Notes: a model not told the origin generated them from the letters alone. DNA of 64,000 nt from Candidatus Limiplasma sp. (GCA_035353235.1 DAOPZG010000001.1:1319-65318); one strand, 5' to 3'. Shown: positions 28,332 to 41,356, counted from the first letter of the stretch. Translations and numbers: made by a program.

Positions 28332-29354
28332 CTATAACAGCGGCAACGAGGGCACAGCGTTCAGCGACAGATCGGCGCGTACGCCGTTTCGGTAGCGGTA
28401 ATACGCGGCGCTGCCAATCATCACGGCATTATCGGTACACAGACCGATCTCCGGCATGCACAGGGTGAAGCCATGCTTTTGTGCAAGTTCCGTCATTTGT
28501 GACCGCAGCAGCCGGTTTGCGCTCACCCCGCCCGCGAGGCACAGGGTGGACAGGCCGCTGTCCGTAAGCGCCAGCACCGCCTTTTCACACAGGCTGTCCA
28601 CAATCGCCTTCTGGTAGGATGCCGCCAGATCGGCCCGGGGCAGTGGCATGCCGCTTTGCTCCATCCGGTGACAGGCGTTAATAAATGCGGTCTTCAATCC
28701 GGAGAAGCTGAAGTCGTACTTGCCCTCCGGGTTCGGACGGGGCAGTTTAAGGTACGTATCGTCGCCCGTTTCTGCCATGTGGCTCAGCTGCGGCCCGCCG
28801 GGATACGGCAGCCCCAGCACACGCGCGCCCTTATCAAACGCCTCGCCCGCCGCGTCATCCACCGTTTGCCCCAGCAGGGTATACTGCCCGTAATCCTCCA
28901 CGCGGATCAGGTGGCTGTGTCCCCCGCTGGCAACCAGACATACGAACGGCGGGGTCAGCGTGGGTGTGCTCACAAAATTGGCACTTACATGCCCTTCGAT
29001 ATGGTTAACAGGCACCAGCGGCAGGCCCGTAGCGTAGCTGAGGCCCTTCATGCAGCTCACTCCGGTCAGCAGCGCACCCACCAGCCCAGGTCCGTAGGTA
29101 ACCGCCAGCGCGTCCACGTCGGCAAGCGCCATACCCGCGTCCGCAAGGGCACGGTCAATCACGCGATCGCACGCATCCACATGCGCGCGGCTGGCGATCT
29201 CCGGCACCACGCCCCCGTACAGGGCATGCACATCCACCTGTGAAAAAATCACGTTACTCAGCACCCGCCGTCCGTTTTCCACCACGGCGGCGGCGGTTTC
29301 ATCACAGCTGGATTCCAGCGCCAGAATGCGCACCGTTTGATTGATCTCACTCAT
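28332..29354 (-). CDS. tsaD: tRNA N6-adenosine threonylcarbamoyltransferase
   Basis: ..ILALESSCDETAAAVV...GHVSAN...LVASGGHS...DNAVMIG.. are canonical TsaD/Kae1 motifs. The start overlaps the upstream stop (ATGA). Confidence 0.92.
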   Translation of the reverse strand: MSEINQTVRILALESSCDETAAAVVENGRRVLSNVIFSQVDVHALYGGVVPEIASRAHVDACDRVIDRALADAGMALADVDALAVTYGPGLVGALLTGVSCMKGLSYATGLPLVPVNHIEGHVSANFVSTPTLTPPFVCLVASGGHSHLIRVEDYGQYTLLGQTVDDAAGEAFDKGARVLGLPYPGGPQLSHMAETGDDTYLKLPRPNPEGKYDFSFSGLKTAFINACHRMEQSGMPLPRADLAASYQKAIVDSLCEKAVLALTDSGLSTLCLAGGVSANRLLRSQMTELAQKHGFTLCMPEIGLCTDNAVMIGSAAYYRYRNGVRADLSLNAVPSLPLL

Positions 29355-30139
29355 CTGTTTCCAGTCCCCATTCGTTTTTCCAAACGTCTTTTTCGCGTTT
29401 TGTATATGGTCAGCGCCACGATGGGCCATACCATCAGCGCCGCCGTACAAAATGCCAGCGTGATCCCCACAGGCCGCGCATACGCCGCAAACAGCGGTTC
29501 GGGAAACAGCGCCATCACCGGTTCGTGAATGTTGAAAATCCCGTCTGGAATAAAGGTGTAGTGCAGCCACGCCCAAAAAGCGTTAAAATCGAAAGATGCC
29601 CATAGCCCTACCCCCAGCACGGCCAACAGCGGTAATAAAGCCCCGGTATAATACCCGCCTGCGGAGAGCCTGCGGTACGATACATTATTCCGGTCAGGAA
29701 GCCCGCATAACAGCAGTAGCACCAGCGCCGCCGCTACCGCCATCACCAACGCGCTCCGGGCGAAGCGGACGCCTCCGCGCACCGTATCCATATGCTCCGA
29801 AAAAGCCGCTGGCACCACCAAGGCTTGTCCATTCACTGTCACATCCGGTTCCCATTCGTTCTGGTCCCCGGTCAGGTAGCCGATCGTTTCGACCGCCAGC
29901 CGTTGCGCGTCGCTCCGGTTCAGCGTTCCATCCGCGACCACATAACGGTCCAGCCCTTCCTCAAATAAGTCCAGCCGGGTTGCGTTATAAACGACCGATC
30001 CGGTCAGCGCCGCCAGCGACAGCAGCAGACCGGCGAAAAAGCACAGAAAAAAAGAAGCGCGGCGGCCGCCGCGCCCATAGGCTGCCGAGCGTCCGCCAGA
30101 AGCAGCCCCATTCTGCCGCACTTTACCGGCATTCGTCAC
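29351..30139 (-). CDS. TIGR01906/DUF1461-type integral membrane protein (Lit-like)
   Basis: It has an N-terminal TM, then an external segment ..DAQRLAVETIGYLTGD...AFSEHMDTVRGGVRFA.., then three TM segments with ..FWAWLHYTFIP... This layout matches the TIGR01906 family as I remember it. The start is GTG. Confidence 0.55.
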   Translation of the reverse strand: MTNAGKVRQNGAASGGRSAAYGRGGRRASFFLCFFAGLLLSLAALTGSVVYNATRLDLFEEGLDRYVVADGTLNRSDAQRLAVETIGYLTGDQNEWEPDVTVNGQALVVPAAFSEHMDTVRGGVRFARSALVMAVAAALVLLLLCGLPDRNNVSYRRLSAGGYYTGALLPLLAVLGVGLWASFDFNAFWAWLHYTFIPDGIFNIHEPVMALFPEPLFAAYARPVGITLAFCTAALMVWPIVALTIYKTRKRRLEKRMGTGNR

Positions 30140-30160
30140 TTCCGACGCGCCCCTTTCCGT

Positions 30161-30835
30161 TTACGGTTCCGCATTTGTCTTACGGGCAACAATCAGCGCC
30201 GTATGGTCATTCTGCCAAACCACCTCCGCAGCGGAAAAACCCGCTTGCCTCAGCAGGGTGCAATCATGCGCGGCAGTCAGCGGTGTGTCGAAATGCACCG
30301 GCGTGCCTTTCTCCACCTTCTCCTCCTGGCAAAGCAGATCGAACCGATGGCGGAACTCCGCCTCCTCCGCATCGTCAAGGGCGTTGTAATCACCCTGCAG
30401 GTATACGCCGTCCGTCTTCAGCGTTTCGCAGACGCCGCGGTACAGCGTACGCTTTTCTGCTGCCGTCAGGTGGTGCAGCGTTTCAAAGGAAACCGCCGCG
30501 TCAAACGCTTCCGTACCCAGCTTCAGTCGGGTATAATCCCCGCAGATCAGGGTCATCCGTTTGCCGGGATATTTACGCGAACATTCGGCCAGCATTTCCT
30601 GACACAGGTCCACGCCCGTCACGCGCGCTTCCGGAAACCTGCGGAAAATTTCCGCAAGTTCCAGCCCGGTCCCGATGCCGAGGTCCAGCAGCGTTTCCAC
30701 CTTGCCGGGCAGGCGGGCAGCCAGTTCGGCATACCCCGTCCGGCATCCCGGCACATTTCCCAGCATGTGCTCGTCGTATCCATCCACCCGCCGGGCGAAA
30801 AAGTCCGCCATAGGTTCCAGTTGATGATCACTCAT
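30161..30835 (-). CDS. class I SAM-dependent methyltransferase
   Basis: ..LLDLGIGTGLE.. (motif I) and ..VTGVDLCQEML.. fit a Rossmann-fold methyltransferase pattern. Confidence 0.8.
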   Translation of the reverse strand: MSDHQLEPMADFFARRVDGYDEHMLGNVPGCRTGYAELAARLPGKVETLLDLGIGTGLELAEIFRRFPEARVTGVDLCQEMLAECSRKYPGKRMTLICGDYTRLKLGTEAFDAAVSFETLHHLTAAEKRTLYRGVCETLKTDGVYLQGDYNALDDAEEAEFRHRFDLLCQEEKVEKGTPVHFDTPLTAAHDCTLLRQAGFSAAEVVWQNDHTALIVARKTNAEP

Positions 30836-30841
30836 ATTTTA

Positions 30842-31939
30842 TCACTGCATTTTCAGGTACGCCGTGATAAAACCGGACAGATTGCCGTCCATCACGTCGT
30901 CCACGTTTCCGACTTCGTAGCCGGTCCGGTGATCCTTCACCATCGTGTAGGGCTGGAAAACATAGCTCCGGATCTGGCTGCCCCACTCGATCTTTTTAAG
31001 CTCGCCCTTGATCCCGGCCATCTGCTCTTCTTTCTCGCGGATGTGCAGTTCCAGCAGACGGCTGCGCAGGATTTGCAGACAGACCTCACGGTTCTGGATT
31101 TGCGAGCGTTCGTTCTGGCACTGCGCTACGGTACCTGTTGGGATATGCGTCATCCGCACGGCGGAGTCGGTACGGTTTACATGCTGGCCGCCAGCGCCGC
31201 CGGAACGGTAAGTGTCAATACGCACCTCTTCCATATTCACTTCAAACTTGCCTTCATCCTCCAGGATAGGGGCTACGTCCAGAGAGCTGAAGCTGGTGTG
31301 CCGCCGGGCGTTCGCGTCAAACGGGCTGATACGTACCAGTCGGTGCACGCCCCGCTCGCTGCGCAGATAGCCGTAAGCGTTATCGCCTTCCACACGGAAA
31401 GTGACACTTTTCACGCCCGCCTCGTCGCCCTCCAGCAGATCGTTCACCGTGACTTTAAAGCCCATCCGCTCGCAGTACCGCGTATACATCCGGTACAGCA
31501 TCTGCGTCCAGTCCTGCGCCTCGGTACCGCCGGCGCCCGCGTGCAGGCTCAGCACACAGTCGCAATCGTCATATTCCCCGCGCATCAGGGATTCCAGTTC
31601 CAGCGCGTCCGCGTCTTCCCGCAGGGCGGCCAGTTCGGTTTCGCATTCCCGGCCGATTTCCTCGTCCGGTTCTTCCTTCAGCAGCGAAAGCATGGCTTCC
31701 ACGTCGTCGCAACGGTCGCGCAGGCGCTTCACATGGCCCAGACGGCCTTCGATGTGGCTTACGCGGCGGTTCACCTCGGTAGAGCGCTCCAGATTGGTCC
31801 AAAATTCCGGGGCGTTCATCTCCTCCTTCAGTTCAGACAATTCTTCCTGAAGTTGCGGCAGGTGCAATGCGTCCGCCGCCTTGGTAATCGTATCTCGAAG
31901 CGTTTCCAGCTCCTGTTGGTATTGTTCGGTATCGACCAT
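30842..31939 (-). CDS. prfB: peptide chain release factor 2 (single uninterrupted frame)
   Basis: SPF tripeptide (RISPFD) and GGQ motif (SGGAGGQHVNRTDSAVR) are present. An ATG with GAAGGAG SD gives a full-length N-terminus with no in-frame UGA. Confidence 0.93.
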   Translation of the reverse strand: MVDTEQYQQELETLRDTITKAADALHLPQLQEELSELKEEMNAPEFWTNLERSTEVNRRVSHIEGRLGHVKRLRDRCDDVEAMLSLLKEEPDEEIGRECETELAALREDADALELESLMRGEYDDCDCVLSLHAGAGGTEAQDWTQMLYRMYTRYCERMGFKVTVNDLLEGDEAGVKSVTFRVEGDNAYGYLRSERGVHRLVRISPFDANARRHTSFSSLDVAPILEDEGKFEVNMEEVRIDTYRSGGAGGQHVNRTDSAVRMTHIPTGTVAQCQNERSQIQNREVCLQILRSRLLELHIREKEEQMAGIKGELKKIEWGSQIRSYVFQPYTMVKDHRTGYEVGNVDDVMDGNLSGFITAYLKMQ

Positions 31940-32089
31940 ATCATTTCTCCTTCAAAGGGGATACTCCCGATTCGAGCGCCGCTGCCGGAGGCAGCCAGCG
32001 GCAGGGGGAAGGGGAGATTCCCTTCCCGGATGGCAAAGATCAACGCACGGGAAAGCGCGCGGCGCTTACCCAGTGGATGGGGTGTTTCC

Positions 32090-34840
<2,751 letters not shown>

Positions 34841-34915
34841 GGTTTTATTCTCCTTCAATCCTGGCAGCCGGCAAGTGCCTGACGGCCGAAATCATGGCGT
34901 AATACGCCGATTGTG

Positions 34916-34945
34916 ATTATACCACGCTTACGGCGTTTTGGGCAA
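34916..34945 (-). promoter_or_regulatory. sigma-A-type promoter of secA
   Basis: The minus strand reads TTGCCC-18 nt-TATAAT with an upstream TG (TGGTATAAT). Confidence 0.55.
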
Positions 34946-34969
34946 GCGCGCGCAAACGAACAGGCACAC

Positions 34970-35008
34970 AAAAACCACCCGGCGGTCAGCCCTTGCCGCA
35001 CCGGGTGG
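34970..35008 (-). terminator. intrinsic terminator after the flavoprotein gene
   Basis: The minus strand reads CCACCCGG-N18-CCGGGTGG followed by TTTTTG. Confidence 0.7.
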
Positions 35009-35075
35009 CTGTCTGGTTCATTGCGGAACGTCTGTCCCGCTGAAAAACATTCTGTGCCTGAAAAGTTGTAAAAAC

Positions 35076-35621
35076 TTACAGCGCTGTTTTCACCAGCTTC
35101 TCCCCCAGCGCACGGGCGCGGGCCAGCGCCTCATGTCCCGCGATGTCGCCCTTCTTTTCCAGGTCCGTCACAGTCACTTCGCCCATGCGCTTCCAGCCAA
35201 GATACCCTTCGATGGCCGCCATCGTAGCGCGCAGGGGATCGAACGCACGCTGCGTATCATCCGCGCATACGGATAAAAGCACCGTCAGCCGGATGGGGAA
35301 CTTCGCGCGCACAGGGTTATACAACCGGTCGAAAATCGCTTTCATCTGCGCGGACATATTGTAAAAATAAACCGGCGTGGCCACCACCAGCGCATCGGTG
35401 CGCAGCAGCAGATCGTACACTTCCGGCATATCGTCCGCCACGGCGCAGCGGTCGTGCGTCTGGCAATAATCACAGTTCACACAAGGCGCTATCTTCTTGC
35501 CGCGCACCGAAAACTTCGTCACTTCCGCGCCAGCCGCCTGCGCGCCCGCGATCAGCGCGTCCGCGAGGGTTTCGGTATTGCCGCCCTTGCGGGGGCTGCC
35601 AACCAGTACGGTGATCCTCAT
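35076..35621 (-). CDS. NADPH-dependent FMN reductase / iron-sulfur flavoprotein-like protein
   Basis: MRITVLVGSPRKGGNTE... plus a Cys cluster CVNCDYCQTHDRC, as in Isf-type flavoproteins. Confidence 0.7.
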   Translation of the reverse strand: MRITVLVGSPRKGGNTETLADALIAGAQAAGAEVTKFSVRGKKIAPCVNCDYCQTHDRCAVADDMPEVYDLLLRTDALVVATPVYFYNMSAQMKAIFDRLYNPVRAKFPIRLTVLLSVCADDTQRAFDPLRATMAAIEGYLGWKRMGEVTVTDLEKKGDIAGHEALARARALGEKLVKTAL

Positions 35622-35639
35622 TTTTATTCCCCTCCCTAA

Positions 35640-37046
35640 TCAGCAGGCAAACGACGGGGATTCCGGCGCGACAGGATTGCATTTCTGGTAGCGGCCCGCG
35701 CCTTTCTCCCCCAGAAAATCTCCGTGATCGTACACCAGATCGCCGCGCAGATAAGTAGCCGTCACACGCCCGTGCAGCGCCGTGTTTTCCCAGATTGTGT
35801 GATCCAGCGCGCCGTGCAGGTCCCGCACGCGCACCACGCCGTCCGTTCGCGGGTCGAACACCGCGATATCCGCGTCCAGCCCCGGCCGCAGCGCACCTTT
35901 GCGATCCGCCAGCCCAAACAGCCGGGCCGGGTTGGCAGCGCAGACCGCCGCCACGCGCTCAAACGGAATCCGTCCAAGGTTGGCCTGTGTAAGCAGATAC
36001 GGGTACAGGGTTTCCACACCGTCGCACCCGTTGGGGATGGTGGTAAAATCGCCCGCGCGCCCGTCCGGCAGGCGGATGCCGTAATCCTTCTCCGCCATGG
36101 TAAACGGGCAGTGGTCGGTCGCTACGGTGGAAATATCTCCGCGAAGCAGCGCCGCCCACAGCGCGCTTTGCGACGCGCGCCCCTTGATGGCGGGCGAGCA
36201 TACGTAATCCTGCGCGCGGGGGCCGCGGTACACGTCACACGTAAAGTTCAGATACTGCGGGCAGGTTTCCGCAAACACGGGCAAACCCTCGTCCCTCGCC
36301 TGCGTCACGGCGGCAACGCTGTCCTCGTCCGTAAGGTGCACCACGTACAGCGGCGCTTTGGCCGCCTTCGCCAGCGCAATCACGCGCCGGGTCGCCTCAG
36401 CCGCCACTTCCTCGCTGCGGCTGCGGTAATGCCACCACGGATCGGTCTTGCCGTCCGCCAGATATTCCTTCACCCGCGCGGCGAGCATCCCCCGGTTTTC
36501 GGCGTGCACGGTCGTCAGTGCGCCGATCCGCGCCGTTTCCAGCAACAGGCGGTACAGCACCTCGTCGGAAAGGCCGAAATCGTACACCATATACGCCTTA
36601 AAACTGCTCACACCCGCCGCGACCGCATCCTTTACGGAGGCCAGCAGTTCCGGTGTGCTCAGATCGCTTACCCCGATATGGAACGCGAAATCCACCGCAG
36701 CCTTCTCCGCGGCTATGGGGATGCGTTTCGCCAGCGTCTGTGTCAGCGGTTCGCCCTTCTCCTGCAACAGATAGTCGATCACCGTCGTGACCCCGCCGCA
36801 GGCCGCCGCGCGCGTGCCGGTAAAGTAATCGTCGCTGGTGTCGATGCCGGAGCATACGCATTCCAGATGGGTATGCGCGTCAATCGCCCCCGGCAGCAGC
36901 AGCATACCGCTTACATCCGTTACCCGCGCGTCCCCGGCGGGCAGATTTTGCCCGATGGACGCGATGCTTTCGCCGTCCGTGAGCAGGTCAGCTTTGTACA
37001 TCCCTTCGGTGGTTACGATCGTGCCGCCGCGAAACAATGTTTTCAT
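35640..37046 (-). CDS. dihydropyrimidinase / D-hydantoinase-type cyclic amidohydrolase
   Basis: ..LLLPGAIDAHTHLE...GTRAAACGGVTTVIDY...SFKAYM...VHAEN.. is the metal-ligand pattern of the hydantoinase/dihydropyrimidinase branch. Confidence 0.75.
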   Translation of the reverse strand: MKTLFRGGTIVTTEGMYKADLLTDGESIASIGQNLPAGDARVTDVSGMLLLPGAIDAHTHLECVCSGIDTSDDYFTGTRAAACGGVTTVIDYLLQEKGEPLTQTLAKRIPIAAEKAAVDFAFHIGVSDLSTPELLASVKDAVAAGVSSFKAYMVYDFGLSDEVLYRLLLETARIGALTTVHAENRGMLAARVKEYLADGKTDPWWHYRSRSEEVAAEATRRVIALAKAAKAPLYVVHLTDEDSVAAVTQARDEGLPVFAETCPQYLNFTCDVYRGPRAQDYVCSPAIKGRASQSALWAALLRGDISTVATDHCPFTMAEKDYGIRLPDGRAGDFTTIPNGCDGVETLYPYLLTQANLGRIPFERVAAVCAANPARLFGLADRKGALRPGLDADIAVFDPRTDGVVRVRDLHGALDHTIWENTALHGRVTATYLRGDLVYDHGDFLGEKGAGRYQKCNPVAPESPSFAC

Positions 37047-37139
37047 GCTTCACCCCTCCTTGAGAGGTATCCTTCACAGCCTGTATTCGCGCAATCTTTG
37101 CCAAATCCTGTACCCGTTCCGCGTTTTCCGGTAAGTTGG

Positions 37140-37547
37140 TCACAGCGTTTTGATCAGCAGCAGTTCCGCCGCCTGCTCCGGCAGCAGCAGCGCGCCCGTA
37201 TCCCGGTACCCCAGTTTGCGGTAAAAATGCTGCGCGGATTCGTCCACCTGCGTGCTGGTCATCACCCGCTGATACCCTTCGGCGCGCATCCGGTTTTCCC
37301 AGTCGCTCACCAGCGCGTGGCCGAATCCTTTGCCCCGTTCCGCCTCCAGAAAAAAGAGCATATTCATGAACGGAATTTCATCCCAGAAAAGCCCGTAGCG
37401 CAGCCACCCGACCAATCGCCTATCCGCCTCCGCCAGCAACACACGTCCAAGCGGCAGAAGGTTCGCCAGCTCCCCGGCGGCAATATGCCGATCCCATTGC
37501 AGCAGCCACTCCGCGTCTTTTTCGTCCGCCAACCTGATGTTCAACAT
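37140..37547 (-). CDS. GNAT family N-acetyltransferase
   Basis: The internal ATG at 37547 gives MLNIRLADEKDAEWLL...EAERGKGFGHALV.. The upstream part of the ORF is Gly/Arg-rich and overlaps the NUDIX gene. Confidence 0.75.
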   Translation of the reverse strand: MLNIRLADEKDAEWLLQWDRHIAAGELANLLPLGRVLLAEADRRLVGWLRYGLFWDEIPFMNMLFFLEAERGKGFGHALVSDWENRMRAEGYQRVMTSTQVDESAQHFYRKLGYRDTGALLLPEQAAELLLIKTL

Positions 37548-37549
37548 GC

Positions 37550-37978
37550 TTATTCCTCCGGCCGAAGCGTCTGCGACGCCCAGTCGAACCGAGCGATAAA
37601 CGCCGCGTCCGCCGGGCAGAAACGGTAATCGCTCAGCTGATCCGGCTGCACCCAGCGCGCGTCGGTATGCACGTTCAGCCTCAGTACCGTCACGGAAGCC
37701 TGCGCCGCCACAAACGCGAAATGAATCAGCCGCCCGTCCGTCACATAATCCATCTCCGCCGCGATCCGCAGCCCGTTCAACGGCAGGGCCAGTTCCTCCA
37801 CCAGTTCCCGCGCGGCGCAGGCCTCGTAGGTTTCTCCCGGCTCCCGTTTGCCGCCCGGAAACTCCCACAGCCCCTCCAGCGACGCCCAGTCGCCCCGCGC
37901 GTCCACTTTCCGCTGAGCGATCAGCACCCGCCCAAGCGCGTCCCGTACCAGCGCCGCGGCAACCTCCATGCGTTTCAT
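37550..37978 (-). CDS. NUDIX hydrolase (MutT / (d)CTP pyrophosphatase type)
   Basis: A Nudix box is present: GLWEFPGGKREPGETYEACAARELVEELAL. Confidence 0.8.
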   Translation of the reverse strand: MKRMEVAAALVRDALGRVLIAQRKVDARGDWASLEGLWEFPGGKREPGETYEACAARELVEELALPLNGLRIAAEMDYVTDGRLIHFAFVAAQASVTVLRLNVHTDARWVQPDQLSDYRFCPADAAFIARFDWASQTLRPEE

Positions 37979-37981
37979 CTC

Positions 37982-39235
<1,254 letters not shown>

Positions 39236-39259
39236 TTACATAGCGAGCACTGTAGCAGA

Positions 39260-39327
39260 CAGGGCTCCGCACCTGCGGGTGCGGCCAAAGGGCTTTGCGC
39301 TCGCCCTTTGGAAGCCTTCGCGGTCAC
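39260..39327. repeat. repeat unit A2 (double GC hairpin)
   Basis: H1 is CCGCACC-tgcg-GGTGCGG (39267-39284) and H2 is CAAAGGGC-N9-GCCCTTTG (39286-39310). Differences from A1 inside the stems are compensatory. Confidence 0.8.
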
Positions 39328-39450
39328 TTGCGTTACGGCGAGTCGGCGGGTATCGCTCTCGGAGTACAGGATAGTCGTCCGTTCTGCCTTCGGCAGCCCG
39401 ACCGACAAGCCTGTCCATCCTTCGAGCAACATCCGCCTCCCCGCCCACAT

Positions 39451-39506
39451 GTTGCGAAGCGACAGGGAAATGGCGGGAAAAGACGGGTACGATACGGAAA
39501 AGTACG
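39451..39506. repeat. repeat unit B1 (purine-rich on the plus strand)
   Basis: gttgcgaagcgacagggaaatggcgggaaaagacgggtacgaTacggaaaagTacg is identical to B2 except at 39493 and 39503. Confidence 0.9.
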
Positions 39507-39585
39507 AGGAGAGAGCAAGTAATATCAAGTCGGATGTTCCAGCCAGATGCCGAAAATTATCCTTACCAGGGTTCCCCATCAGTCT

Positions 39586-39641
39586 GTTGCGAAGCGACAG
39601 GGAAATGGCGGGAAAAGACGGGTACGAAACGGAAAAGCACG
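39586..39641. repeat. repeat unit B2
   Basis: Direct repeat of B1, offset by exactly 135 nt, with 54 of 56 nt identical. Confidence 0.9.
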
Positions 39642-39673
39642 GGGAAAAACGGACAGCCACACAGGCCGGAAAG

Positions 39674-39695
39674 AAAAATTGCTGATTTCCAGCAA
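39674..39695 (-). terminator. weak terminator candidate after the rluA-type gene
   Basis: The minus strand reads TTGCTG-gaaat-CAGCAA followed by TTTTTC. The stem is only 6 bp. Confidence 0.35.
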
Positions 39696-39780
39696 AGCCT
39701 ACCGGGAAGCGAACGAAAAAGGGGGATGGCTGAGAATCTGGTCAGGAAGCGAATAAAATAAGAAAGGCTATGGCGGAGTA

Positions 39781-40497
39781 TCAGGACTGATCTCCGTTTA
39801 CGCCACGTTCGGCCAGAAACGCGTCGATCCGGGCCGCAAAGGGTGCGAACGCGCGGCCCTGCGGGCGGCTCACGAAGGTCATCGGTTCCTTTTTCGTAGG
39901 ATGATTCAGCGTCAGCACTGCGCCCCACAGCGCGATGGGCTCCCCCGGGTCGCCGCTGCCATAGCGCAGATCCTGCACAACGGGGTGGCCGGATTGGGCC
40001 AGCTGCACGCGAATCTGGTGCTTACGGCCCGTTTCCAGCATCATATGCAGCAGTGCCCGATCCGTCTGCGCGTCCGTCGCGATACGCCGCCAGTGCAGCG
40101 TGGCCTGTTGCGAACCGGTCGTGCCCGGCGGCACGCAGCGGACGTTGCCGGTCGCGTCGTCTTTTTGCAGCCAGTCCGAAAGCGTACCGGATTCCGGCAG
40201 GTCCGCGCCGTGCACCACCGCGAGGTACTCCCGCTGCATGGTATGCGCACGCAGCTGCTCGCTCAGTCGCGCCGCCGCTTTGCTGGTTTTCGCCAGCGCC
40301 ACCAGCCCGCCCACCGGACGGTCCAGCCGGTGCACGCACCCCAGATAAGCCTCGCCTGGTTTCTGATATTTCGTCACGAGGTAACGCTTCATTTTGTCCA
40401 GCAGGCACTCATCGCCCGTTTCGTCCCCCTGCGTCAGCAGGTTGGGCGGTTTTTCCACAATCAGCAGGTGATTGTCCTCGTACACCACCTTACACAT
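39781..40497 (-). CDS. RluA-family pseudouridine synthase (no S4 domain)
   Basis: ..HLLIVEKPPNLLTQ...VHRLDRPVGGLVALAKT...HQIRVQL.. includes the catalytic Asp motif HRLD. Confidence 0.85.
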   Translation of the reverse strand: MCKVVYEDNHLLIVEKPPNLLTQGDETGDECLLDKMKRYLVTKYQKPGEAYLGCVHRLDRPVGGLVALAKTSKAAARLSEQLRAHTMQREYLAVVHGADLPESGTLSDWLQKDDATGNVRCVPPGTTGSQQATLHWRRIATDAQTDRALLHMMLETGRKHQIRVQLAQSGHPVVQDLRYGSGDPGEPIALWGAVLTLNHPTKKEPMTFVSRPQGRAFAPFAARIDAFLAERGVNGDQS

Positions 40498-41356
40498 CGG
40501 GCGTCCACCGCGCCGTAGCGCCGCAGGGCAGCACCCCGCCCGTCGTAACCGGCAGGGCCAGTTCCTCCGCCACGGTCGTACCGCGCCCGCCTATGCACCG
40601 CCGCACCACGTTCCCCAGCACGCCCGCCGCGAAGCCCGTGGTATATCCGTTCAGTAAAAAGAACAGCGGGGTATCCGACAGGGCCTGCACGCACAGCTCC
40701 GTAAGCCCATACAATTCGTCTTCCAGCTTCCATACCTCGCCGTTGGGACCGCGCCCATAGCTGGGCGGGTCCATCAGGATACCATCGTAGCGGTTGCCGC
40801 GGCGCAGTTCCCGCTGTACAAAGGCTTTAGCGTCCTCCACGATAAACCGTGTGCGGTCTTCCGGGATGTTGGAAAGGTCGCGGTTTTCTTTGGCCCATTG
40901 CACCATGCCCTTGGCCGCGTCCACGTGCGTTACGTGCGCGCCCGCTGCCGCGCAGGCCAGCGTAGCCCCGCCCGTGTAGGCGAACAGGTTGAGTACCTTC
41001 ACATTCTGCCCCCGCGCCACGGCCCCAGTGATACGCTCACGCATAAACGCCCAGTTGGCCGCCTGCTCCGGGAAAAGCCCGGTGTGTTTAAAGCCCGTCG
41101 GGCGCACATAAAACTTGAGGTCGTCAAGCGTCATCACCCAGCGTTCGGGCAGGGAATGCGCAAACGCCCAGCTACCGCCGCCGGTTTCGCTGCGGGTATA
41201 GTGCGCGTCCGCCTTTTCCCATTGTTCCGGACTGGCCTTGGGCCAGATCACCTGCGGGTCCGGGCGGCGCAGGATCACATTCTTCCAGCGTTCCAGCTTC
41301 TCGCCGTCGCCGGTATCCAGCACCTCATAGTCACGCCACTGGTCGCATAAAAACAT
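40490..41356 (-). CDS. class I SAM-dependent (rRNA-type, RlmI/RlmK-like) methyltransferase
   Basis: ..VLNLFAYTGGATLA...VTHVDAAK...ILMDPPSYG.. are the motif I/IV arrangement of RlmI-like methyltransferases. Confidence 0.7.
   Translation of the reverse strand: MFLCDQWRDYEVLDTGDGEKLERWKNVILRRPDPQVIWPKASPEQWEKADAHYTRSETGGGSWAFAHSLPERWVMTLDDLKFYVRPTGFKHTGLFPEQAANWAFMRERITGAVARGQNVKVLNLFAYTGGATLACAAAGAHVTHVDAAKGMVQWAKENRDLSNIPEDRTRFIVEDAKAFVQRELRRGNRYDGILMDPPSYGRGPNGEVWKLEDELYGLTELCVQALSDTPLFFLLNGYTTGFAAGVLGNVVRRCIGGRGTTVAEELALPVTTGGVLPCGATARWTPDV

Noticed and set aside
30842-31939. A programmed +1 frameshift site in prfB (CUU UGA C), as in E. coli and B. subtilis.
   Set aside because: The N-terminal ~25 codons (MVDTEQYQQELETLRDTITKAADAL) are in the same frame as the rest. 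A strong GAAGGAG SD precedes the ATG at 31939, and there is no in-frame UGA. This gene is not frameshift-regulated.
39451-39641. A possible CRISPR array (two identical repeats separated by a unique spacer).
   Set aside because: There are only two copies. The repeat is 56 nt, longer than CRISPR repeats, and the spacer of 79 nt is too long. The repeat is not palindromic, and there are no cas genes or leader in the window.
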